From positions 73,089 through 137,088 of the forward strand of contig MCFE01000190.1 in the NCBI GenBank assembly GCA_002104905.1: 64,000 bases of DNA. Direction: 5' to 3'. The position numbers and the translations under genes are program-made. Numbering within the stretch: the stretch's first letter is position 1; every line of letters begins with the position of its first letter. This stretch comes from Basidiobolus meristosporus CBS 931.73. Lineage: Eukaryota > Fungi > Basidiobolomycota. The notes beneath the pieces are model-generated. The model had not been told where the DNA came from and did no database searches. It saw only the letters and a list, made by a program, of their open reading frames with translations. This document shows, piece after piece, positions 1 through 9,900 of this stretch.

Positions 1-154
1 GAGATATCTCATGTTCTGAGTACCTGATGATTGGTGAAAATATTCTAAATGAATCCTAACAAGGAAATTGTGCAGAATTCCTCAAGATCTGTAGACAATG
101 ATCCTGGTGACTGAGTTAGGTGAATGTCTAGGTGTAACTACAAGACATACAACA
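1..154 (-). repeat. Degenerate copia-family LTR fragment (5' part of the LTR, reverse orientation), cut by the window edge
   Basis: Matches the reverse complement of LTR 61288-61636 (catgttctgagtacctg, ggtgaaaatattct, gttaggtgaat) and ends in ...catacaaca at 154. Confidence 0.8.
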
Positions 155-239
155 ACTTGGGCAACAACAAGAGTTTCATGATATTCTCTTGTTGTTTTAA
201 TTAGTTCAAGTATATTATTTATACTTGTGGGGTATATTG

Positions 240-586
240 TGTAGTAAAAATTTGTAATTCCACCTAAATACTCACCTAACTTAGTTACTTAGATTTTTCA
301 CTTAATGATTTATTGAATGTAAAAGTAGTGTTGATACTTTTATATGGTCTTGGCATAACAAACATGTATAATAGGTTCAGGAAGGCCCCAAAAGCATGTG
401 TACAAAGTTTGGGGCTGTTTGACCAACTTTGAGAATTTTCATGTTCTGGGTACCTGATATTTTGGTGAAAATATTCCAAGTAAATCCTAACAAGGATTTT
501 GGTCAGTATTCTCTGAGATTTGAAGGTAATGATCTAAGTGACTAAGTTAGGTGAATATTTAGGTGGAATTCCAAATTTTTACAACA
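240..586. mobile_element. Chimeric 347-bp LTR derivative with about 55-bp terminal inverted repeats (forward LTR 5' end fused to a reverse LTR)
   Basis: 240-294 (tgtagtaaaaatttgtaattccacctaaatactcacctaacttagttacttagat) is the reverse complement of 532-586 with 4 mismatches. 295-586 is a reverse LTR lacking its first ~57 bp. Confidence 0.8.
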
Positions 587-912
587 GATATTGGAAGTGA
601 TTGGGAGAACAAGTAGATTACGTGGTGTTCACTTAATGATTCATTGAATGCAAATGTGGTATTTATACCTCTACACAGTCTTGGCAAGACAAGCACGTGG
701 AGTATGCTTATGAAGGTCCCAAGAACACTTGTGCAAAGCTTGAGGCTGTTTGGACAACTTAGGATATTTTATCATAACATCAGGTACCCAGAACATGAAA
801 TTTTGAAAAGTAAATCCCAACCAGGGGTTTGGTCAGAGTTCTCTAAGATTTGTGGGTAGCGATCTAATTGACTAAGTTAGGTGAATATTTAGGCGCAATT
901 ACGGATCTTTAC
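587..912 (-). repeat. Reverse-orientation LTR copy lacking ~19 bp at one end, with an internal micro-inversion at ~760-807
   Basis: gatattggaagtgattgggagaacaagtagatt... aligns to the reverse LTR. The core atcaggtacccagaacatgaaa lies in the opposite orientation to its flanks. Confidence 0.85.
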
Positions 913-1186
913 TAGAACAAATAGATTATGTGATTTCACTCAATGATATATTGAATGTAAAAGTATTATTTATACTTTTACCTGGCCTTGGCAAAACAAA
1001 CAAGTGGAATATGCTTAGGAAGGTTCCAACAACATGGGTGCAAAGTTTGGGGCTGTTTGGAGAACTTCAAGATTTCTAATGTTCTGGGTACCTGATGTTT
1101 TGGTGAAAGTATTCTAAGATTTGTAGACTATGATCTAACTGACCAAGTTAGGTGAATATTTAGAGGTATTAACCAAATTTACAACA
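913..1186 (-). repeat. Reverse-orientation LTR copy lacking ~37 bp at one end, with an internal deletion
   Basis: Aligns to the reverse LTR and ends in tttacaaca at 1186. The segment between ttctaag and ctctaag (near-direct repeats in the intact LTR) is missing. Confidence 0.85.
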
Positions 1187-1884
1187 TATGGGAGACCTTT
1201 GTGATCAAAGCAATATGGTAACTGATTGGACTCCTAGTAACACCAACCACGTAAATAATTTGAAACATGACTACTTGTCAAAATCTCTTCAAAAAATATC
1301 AATTTCTTTGCCATTTTTGTTGGGATATGCAAGAGAAGTATTGCCCTCAAAGATTCTCATGAGAATATACAGTCACAACAGCCCCTACATAATGTGTCCC
1401 GGTACCATAATATACAAATGCTCCGGAATCGGCAGCTTTACACATTCCAAATACCATCAATGTTGCCGAATGTACATACAGATAATGAGACTCGACCTGC
1501 AAGCCACAGCTAGGCGACCTACAGCAAATGGCACATTGTCACTGAGTTGAAGAGCCTAGACACCTAAATGGTGCTAGTGTGCATCGAAATGCAGGGATCC
1601 TTGTTAATATTCATAGTCAATTACACAAGATATCGGAAGAAATATCGCTTTTTGTAAAATAAAATGATGGATATGAAAGATATACAGAAGTAACAAAAAT
1701 AAACGATTACAATGAAAAAGAAAACTCCGGAGGATTCCAAAACGTACATATTTTTAAGTTACAATAAAAATGAAATCTATAATAAATGAATCCTCAGAAA
1801 AACGGGAATATATATCCATATTCAATGAGTGCTGTGAATTGAGGATATTGGTAGTCAAGTCATCTGTTGTCAACTGGTATGATC

Positions 1885-2736
1885 TCACGCCCACGGTAGT
1901 CTATCACCGGGATTGTTCATACGTAGCTCTTGATCTAGCGTCAATAGTGCAAATTTCTGGCATTCATTGTCGATAGGATCACAATCGATTAAGGTTGGCC
2001 ATTCATCACATTCAGACTCCAGCTCACTTTCGGTTTCTGTTTCGAGGTCGCCCTCTGTAGTGGCAACCGATTCGTTCTCCCACTCCTCCTTGGCTAGCCA
2101 ATGATCGATTCCACCAAGCCACCCTTCGTAATCTTCGGGAGAAATCCACAGTTTCCAGTCAAGCTCTTCGAGGAACTCTCGCTCCATTGAGTTTAGCTCG
2201 TCAATTTCAAACCCAGTAACTTCAGACCAACTTTGATTGTTGTATGACTGATCCTCAACATACTTGCTAGCTGTTAGAAGTGCAACTACGAGTACACGGT
2301 AGTCTGATCCAAATGCGGGATTCTCAGCAAAAATGCTGGAGCTTCGTAATCGATATAAATAATTCATTCCAATTAAAACAACTGTAGACGGGATATCCGT
2401 AAATATCAATAGCCGCTGAATAAACTCCACCATCTCAGTTCTCCGGCGACGAGCGCGTACGCTGGAGCTGTGTGTGTCTGTGTAGATGTCCGGCATACTC
2501 CACAGATTACTGACCATATCAGCTATAAAGCCCGAGAATTCGAATGTTGCCTCAACCTCCTCGCCTGTCAAACCCAGTTTTTCGACCATTCGATCGTACC
2601 CACTCCAGTCAATGCTAGGCTTGTGCCATTTTGAATATAGTATGGGGCTGCTCCATGAAGGACAGGTTGGTGATATAGGTTGGGGCTCAAAGTCAAATCG
2701 AGGGTAGGTCTCACTTAGAATCGATTCGACCGGCAT
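1885..2736 (-). CDS. Pho85-type (Pcl/Clg1-like) cyclin, 283 aa, single exon
   Basis: Cyclin-box motifs EFIQRLL..TDIPSTVVLIGMNYLYRL, GSDYRVLVVALLTASKYVEDQSYNNQSWSEVTG and ELNSMEREFLEELDWKL. Acidic C-terminus. TATA-like tatatata at ~2877-2884. Confidence 0.88.
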   Translation of the reverse strand: MPVESILSETYPRFDFEPQPISPTCPSWSSPILYSKWHKPSIDWSGYDRMVEKLGLTGEEVEATFEFSGFIADMVSNLWSMPDIYTDTHSSSVRARRRRTEMVEFIQRLLIFTDIPSTVVLIGMNYLYRLRSSSIFAENPAFGSDYRVLVVALLTASKYVEDQSYNNQSWSEVTGFEIDELNSMEREFLEELDWKLWISPEDYEGWLGGIDHWLAKEEWENESVATTEGDLETETESELESECDEWPTLIDCDPIDNECQKFALLTLDQELRMNNPGDRLPWA

Positions 2737-2790
2737 GTCTGTTAGCGACAGATGTCAAGCAGGTGTGTTGTGTGATTGAGAGTGAGTGTT

Positions 2791-2808
2791 TGTGTGTGTG
2801 TGTGTGTG
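2791..2808. repeat. (TG)9 microsatellite in the probable 5' UTR of the cyclin gene
   Basis: tgtgtgtgtgtgtgtgtg read directly. It lies between the cyclin TATA-like box and its ATG. Confidence 0.9.
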
Positions 2809-5325
2809 CTTTCCAGAATGTACAATAAAGCTTTTCGACTGCAAGCGTCCGAGCTCGGTTGGTAGATGCCTTCTAGATATATATAGTGCTGTCTGATAAT
2901 TAGATCACGAGATCAACAATAGTTGAGATGAGCACGGAATATACCTAATGACCTAACTGCTGACTTGAGATCAAGCCAAACTGAATCAACAAAAATGTGA
3001 CGGTTCGAATGGCTTGGGATATATTCTCAGTACGCTCAATCTGTTCAAGGTGAACTTCAATCACCTCAAATGGTAGATTGATTGAGACGGTCTGGATCTT
3101 GATAGTTTTGGGTGTTAGGATATCTATGCTGGCCAATTGGTAAGTGTCCTGCGAGGGTCCAGGGTTGGTATGAGAATTAACGTCTAGACCACAGGATCAG
3201 GTAACGAGGAACTGCCTACCTTTGTAGTAGGGACACACCTAGAATGTAGATACCAAATGGATATGACTGCTAAGTGATCACAGCCTTTTGCCCGATTCGA
3301 ATTCAAAACTTGATGAGAAGATTTACAGTGCACTGATGCGAGAACTGTACGGAATACAATGGGAATACTATAGGGAAGTTGTGCGATACACAACTCTAAC
3401 AAAAGTAACTTGTTTTAAAAGGAAGTGAGATGTTTAACACCACGAGGGGCGTGAGGTATAGGGAGCCACCCAGACCGTTTTATACTGGGATGGTGATGTT
3501 TTAGCTTGGGTCAACTGTGGTTTCACACCCTCATGTTTCATATGCCCATGCGTATTCCACAAAATATCCTGTATTCCTTTGCATCGGGAGTCCGTTATGG
3601 TTTGCTAACAAAGAATCAATCGGATCAAGCACACGCTAATTAATAGATCTTAAAAACAAGTTCATTTCAAATTACTTCCTACTTTCAATAAGAAATTTTC
3701 TTTTTTAGACATATATAATTTAGCGGCGGCCAATTAGGTTCTGGTGAATGGACATTGTAGACAAGTAGGACTTCAAGCTTCTTTCGTGGACATTGGCTAA
3801 TAGCCATGCGTAAAGCCTTGCATTGGCAGCGTTTCAAATAATCACTGATATGGCCCATGGTATATTCATCAGCTATGGATCGAGGGCAAATCACATCTAC
3901 GCAATTTAGCGTGAATCGGTGGTTTCACCCTTTCATACCATTCAAGCAGTGCTATACGCCCACTTGCCAGTGACTGTTGTCTCTTTGGAATCTCCGCCCT
4001 TTACCATAGTCCCGTTTGGTATGAATCACCTCGTAGACAGATTGAAGCCCCTTCAAACACAATGGCATGGTAACCCATCCATTCTGTACACAAACATCCT
4101 GCGCTCTGGACTCATAGTCAAGTGGTGCATTATCCTGCCATTTGTCTGTATGATCTTCACACTTCTCTCTCAGCATTTTGGATATATGTAATTGGTACGT
4201 TCTGTATTGTTTCCAAGCATATTTTAGGGATAACATTGAATTCAGTAGACTTTTGCTGCAGTCTCCCAAATAGGATACTTTCCAGCAGCCATTCCTTTCC
4301 AAGACTACGACATATGTAATATGCCACAAACTTTCATGACTCAGTTTTTGTTCGTGGCCTGGTAAGCACTAGAATCATATTTCAGCACCAAGTGAGAAAT
4401 GGCAAAAAGGAAATTTAGCACTCGTCCCTACCTGTACACCACATCAGCAATTTGTACATATATGCGGTAACCCATCATGAATTGATTAGACTCGGAACCA
4501 CATACATTGTTACGATAGTCGCCATATATAATATACTTCGCCTACATGATGTGCATGATGCACTGTGTATCTATTAATTCTTTCTTGAATAAAATGGACT
4601 TTGTCTATCACAGCTTGATTATCCATCCATTCTTTGTGGAATTGGATCTAGCCATACTGGCCACTCACAATTGAGTCATCCCCTTGATCCCCTACTATAT
4701 GTGTACCACCGAAGTTGAGTGGGAATAGACTGCATCTACTGTCCTACAATGAGGTCATTTTAGGCAGGCGGTATTGTCCCTCTCAATAAAACCCTAAACT
4801 AGGGACGCTAGGTTAAACAAACTGCATTGAGGTATAGGCTTTTGCCATACATATATACATACATAAATGTTCGTATCTTTTTATTACTGCATTTAAAATA
4901 CGATGATTAATTTAACCGAAGATTCTTCATTCCTTTCTTGATATGATGAAATAGAACATATTAGTACATTCATATAACTCCAAGTCCCTCGTCCATCTTA
5001 CCAAAGAAGAATGATGGGTCTGCTGTCGAGATGGGCCTTCAAAGGACTTCACAGGCCTAGGCAGATTTATATACGTACAATAGAGTAAAGCTCGAAGTTC
5101 AATCGGCACTCATGGTCACGTCATTTATACTTTGGAGACAAAAAGCCATTCACAGTCAGATTCGAGAATCATATATGGTCTAGTATACCTCAAATGAAAT
5201 CAACAAACAATATGTGGTGCTGCGCTATCTATTCAAACAAGCTATAGGTGTCATCCTTAGCCTTACTGAGTTTACAACATCTACCCCACGTATTCTATCC
5301 TTTACAACACTCACAGATACAAGCT

Positions 5326-5432
5326 GTCAGATAAGGGTATTATTCCAATCCAGTCGCACTAATTGTGCCTTTTAGAAACGCACATTACCCCAACCAACTT
5401 TCCCCAAATAGTGCGATTTCGCATTATAAATA
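5326..5432 (+). promoter_or_regulatory. Ferritin proximal promoter: GATA-type site, CCAAT box, 20-bp palindrome and TATA box
   Basis: GTCAGATAA at 5326-5334, CCAAT at 5345-5349, ATAGTGCGA-TT-TCGCATTAT at 5408-5427 and TATAAATA at 5425-5432, which ends 46 bp before the ATG. Function is inferred from motif similarity only. Confidence 0.45.
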
Positions 5433-5478
5433 ATACTCGAGGAGCCCAAGACAAAATCAGCATCTTTATTTTTTGAAA

Positions 5479-5994
5479 ATGTCACTCGCCAAACAAAACT
5501 TTGCTATTGCCTCGGAAGAGGGCCTCAATAACCAGATCAATATGGAGCTAACCGCCTCATACACCTATACATCCCTTGCTGCTTACTTCGATCGGGACAA
5601 TGTTGCTCTTCCAGGTTTGGTCAAGTTTTTCCGTGAAAGTGCTATTGAGGAGCGTGAGCATGCTCAAATGTTGATTGACTACGTTAACCAACGTGGAGGA
5701 CGTGTTACCTTCCAACCTATTCCCGCCCCCAACGTTGAATGGCAATCGGCCAAACATGCAATTGAGGCGACATTACAGTTGGAAAAAGATGTCAACAAGT
5801 CCTTACTTAATGTTCATAATATTTCGGCTGAGCAGGGTGACCCTCAGCTATGTGACTTCCTTGAAAGCCACTTCCTTACTGAGCAAGTCGAAGCCATCAA
5901 GAAAATCTCTGATATGTTAACCCAACTTAATCTAGTTGGTGGTGACTCCCTTGGACTTTACTTGTGGGACCAAAATCTCTTGAACAAGAACTAG
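5479..5994 (+). CDS. Ferritin (eukaryotic H-chain type), 171 aa, single exon
   Basis: Motifs NNQINMELTASYTY, YFDRDNVALPG, EEREHA, RGGRV, LEKDVN, DPQLCDFLE and EQVEAIK. The ferroxidase-centre residues (E, E/E-x-x-H, E, Q) are all present. ATG at 5479 is preferred over the upstream TTG. Confidence 0.96.
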   Translation: MSLAKQNFAIASEEGLNNQINMELTASYTYTSLAAYFDRDNVALPGLVKFFRESAIEEREHAQMLIDYVNQRGGRVTFQPIPAPNVEWQSAKHAIEATLQLEKDVNKSLLNVHNISAEQGDPQLCDFLESHFLTEQVEAIKKISDMLTQLNLVGGDSLGLYLWDQNLLNKN

Positions 5995-6906
5995 ACCAGT
6001 ATGATGTATCAAAACAATCGCATAAATTTGTAGAATATAATAAAATCTCGATACATTTAAGTTCCTCCCCATTTGCCATCCAAATCAAATGAATGTATCC
6101 AATGCCGAATTGCTCCACTCACTGTCTAATACGATGCGTATATTATCCACAAATCTTGGCTTTAAACTACAGTACCAAGTGAATCAGCCTATGCATGAGT
6201 GTCTCCGTAGTTTACCATTGGTGCATCATGGGGGGTTTACAAATCGTCAATCGTGACTTCCTCTGGATGTTCTTCAGCTTTGATACATTACCTTCTTGAT
6301 GTCATGATGTTAATATCGTTAGCCCTTGTTTATCCAATGAGCTCGCGTAGCCCTCCAGTCGCCAAAGCGCGAGGAAATCGTGTCACCAAGGAAAAAAATC
6401 GGGATCGGATCATGGGAGTTGGGGCTATCAACATCGAAAGATCTAAAAATCAAAAAGTCAATACGTACTCGCGTCTAGATCTAAACAGGATTATTTATGC
6501 TATTCACTCGCGTCATATTCGATTTCCACTTTTTTTTTCCAGATTCATTCATTCAATATCTATCGTTTCTCTCAGGAAACATCTTTCACTAATTATCCAT
6601 CCGGCCGCCTCTTTACTAACCTTTCTTGTTATTCCCTTGAAGTGTCATTAGTTACGAACTATATTTGTTGGTTTCCACTCGCCAAATCAACACCAACACA
6701 AGAGATAGTGACCACTGATTGAACCATTTATTCTAATCGGAGCAAAGGTTATTTCAAATATGTTCCGCGTTTTATTTAGATGAAAACCCCTAATCTAGTT
6801 TTTCCATTTTACCTTTTGTACTATAGGTTGTTTTGAAAGTCGCCGATTGACAGCAACATATATATACATATCTATCGTTCTTTCGGCTCTGGCCTCTCCC
6901 TACTGA

Positions 6907-9900
6907 ATGAACACGTCTAGACTCGATCGATCAGATATTTCTTTCGAGGAAGGCCAATCTAGCCGTATTACTCGGTCTATGTCTCGTGCTTTTCGCGAAA
7001 ATGAGAAAAAGAATGGGGAAGTAAATATATCTACCGCATTTAAACTTCAGAATTCCAATGATTCGTTACGTGAACGTTTTCCTGGATATACCAATACTGG
7101 TGCTATGGCCAGAACTACCGTGACAAGTAAAAAGCATACTCGGGAGACTTTTATTTCGCGTCATACTCAAGTTAACAGACTAAAATACAAGCCAATGGTC
7201 GAGGAAAGCAGTAGTGAGGATGAGGAGATAGTGGAATCAACTTTCTCCACTTTCTCAAGTGGTGTCTCAGGATCGCCCTTGCGAAAAAGTCCCATCATTC
7301 ACAAGACTCCAAAAAAAACGCCCGGGATCGGTCAGCGCTTGGTTAGCTCTATCGTTACTCATACGCCTCAGTGGATTCGAGGCTCATTCTCAACCTCTCA
7401 ACCTACCAGAACGATTTATCGTGACAGTCCACACACAAATAGAGAAGAAGCAGCAGATGATGAGATTAATGACGATGCTTCAAATACGTTGTACATGATG
7501 GCTGGTAGATATCACCTTGAGTCCGGTGATAAAGCTGCTGTAAATCTGGTAAAGAACTCCGACGGCGAAGTAGAGTATGGATCAGAGTCATCTGACGATA
7601 GTGATAAAGAGGTAGATGCCAAAAGCTGGCAGCCGGGAGTAGCTAGCTTTGGTCAGCACAAATCTGTACCAAAGCCGAAAAGTAACATTCCCGTCGACTT
7701 AGGTGACGATATGGATTATGATAGTAAACATCATACGGAGATACAGCTAGGTCCCGGGATTGGTGATACGATCTTCACCTACGTATCGTATCTGGGGCAA
7801 TTTCTCTCGAAGCTTTTCGTATGGCTTCAAGCCGGATCCCGAGTATGCTACAGCATTTCCAGAGACTTTCTCACTTCATTTGATTGGAGTTACCCTCTTC
7901 GATTAGCGCTTTCGGGTCTTGTTATAGCCATAAACGCTGCTGTTAGTGCTCATCGCGTTCTTCATCGGAAGCTTGGATCATTCGCACCACTATTCTACAC
8001 GATACTTTTATTAGGCCTCCTATGGTCCGGTATAGGCGAGCAAAAGCGAGATAAGATATACCAGCAGGTTGGCAACACCCGTGATCAACTTGTAGATAAA
8101 GCTTATAATCGGGCGCATATTGCTAAAGAGGAGCTATATAGCCATGCCAACATTGCCAGAGAGGAGATATACAACCAGGCCAATATAGCCAAGAAGGGAA
8201 TCTACAATCGGGCCCATAGCGCATTGAACAAACTGGACGAAGCTAAAGAAAAAATCTACAGCCAAGCACGCGATGTTCAGGATCAGGTTGCCAGTAAGGC
8301 CTACGATGCGCGCAATCGAATTGTTAACAAAGCCCAGGACACTTGGGAAAAGGGCTACCAGATTATTGATCGAGTCAAGGCAAAGATCCCACAACCAACA
8401 GATATTTCCCGTCCATCGTTCGAGTTTAATCACCCAGAAGAAGAGGCCGACCAAATTGTTGAAGACGACAAGAGTACCGATGCAGTGGTTTCACCGGAAG
8501 TAGCTGAACCGTACGTGGATAGCCACAAACCCGATCCAAAGTCACCATCTGTAGAGGAAGTTGAGGCCAAGAAAATCGGGGTTCCCAGAGTTAACTGGTC
8601 AGTATTTTCACCCTCTTCCTTCAGTTGGCCCGCGTTTTCATGGCCAAAGGTCGACTTCACAACGTTCCAACTGCCGTCGATCTCCATGCCTTCTTTGCCT
8701 CTACCTGAGCTTCCAGAATTTCCGTCGATAGATATTCAGAAGATAATTCCTATTGAGTGGTTCAAGGCTTTAGTATCGAAAGTGTATCCACCGTCGTTTG
8801 AAATCCCCAAGGTCAAGTTCCCAGAATTTCACTGGCCTACGTTTGACTTGCCTCAATTCAACTGGCCTAACTTCCAATTGGGAAGTTTTGAGCTTCCAAC
8901 TATCGAATTCCCAAAACTGACTATCAAGCGACCATCATTTCCCAAAATCAACTTGCCCAATCTCGCATTACCAAAATTACCGGAGCTAAACCTATCTACT
9001 TGGACTTTGGCAAATCTCATGCCGGAATTTTCGTGGCCCGATTTCTCGTGGTTAAACCCATTCTCATCCAAGCCTTCTCAAGATCTTCAAACCCCAACAC
9101 CTATTACAGTCGAGCAATTCCGTAATCGACTTGTAGGACTTGAGTATTCGATCAGAAAACTAGCTATCGTCGCCGAAGTTCTAATAGAGGAAAGTGAGAG
9201 TTTGAGCAAACATGAAAGTCTCACTTCACAAACTAGAGCGAAGTTCCTTCAAGATTTTAATCGGATCAGAAGAGATCTCAAGCAAGAACTGTCAGTTTTA
9301 AGCGGGCAGGATGAAGTGGTTCAAAAATTGGCTGATACTATCAATTCAAGACAAGAAGAATTATCCGCCATCGAGCGCCAGGTCAAGGGCATTGTTAGCG
9401 AAGTAGATTTGATCTCCAAACATGTTGATGAGGTAGATCAGAATATTGTTGATGTTAATCAACAGCTGGATGGAGTGAACGAGAAGATCTCCCATGCCTC
9501 TGACTGGAGCCGTCTTGAGAAGTATGTCATTGACACTTTGGACAGGGTCCTCCCAACCCACTTGGTCGTCCAACGGAGGGAAGATGGTAGCATCTATATG
9601 AGCCCAGAGCTCTACAAGCAGCTTACCAATCTGCTTATTCTCAAGGAGAAGATTGATACTTCGGTCGATGATGAGATCGAGAATCAAAAGAAGCATATAC
9701 CTAAGCATGATTTCAAGAGCCGCTGGGAAAACTATTTTAAGGAAAATGAGGATCTCCTCAGTCGGTTGGTCCAACAAGATCTGCAGGAAGAAGTGAAGTA
9801 CCACATTGAACAAGGTGCTATCTTACACAAAAACGATTTCATTTCAATACTTGAGCCACACTTGGAACAGTTGAGGGAAGATCTAATTGCTCATGTAGAT

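Noticed and set aside
240-1186. CRISPR-like or RNA-gene interpretation of the repeats
   Set aside because: The units are ~300-350-bp LTR homologues, not short repeats with unique spacers. No tRNA or rRNA signature was seen anywhere in the window.
1188-1550. 120-aa ATG ORF right after the LTR cluster
   Set aside because: No domain motif, an atypical composition and no PBS or gag similarity. Probably a chance ORF.
3685-4329. Possible DDE transposase remnant (QNGWVTMPLCLKGLQSVY resembles pogo-type GWMT motifs)
   Set aside because: No catalytic D/D/E context, no TIRs and stop-interrupted flanks. The similarity is too weak without a profile search.
6253-6651. 132-aa ORF upstream of the SUN gene, and the many antisense or overlapping track ORFs inside real genes
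   Set aside because: No ATG context or motifs. They lie in promoter or UTR sequence or are shadows of the annotated CDSs.
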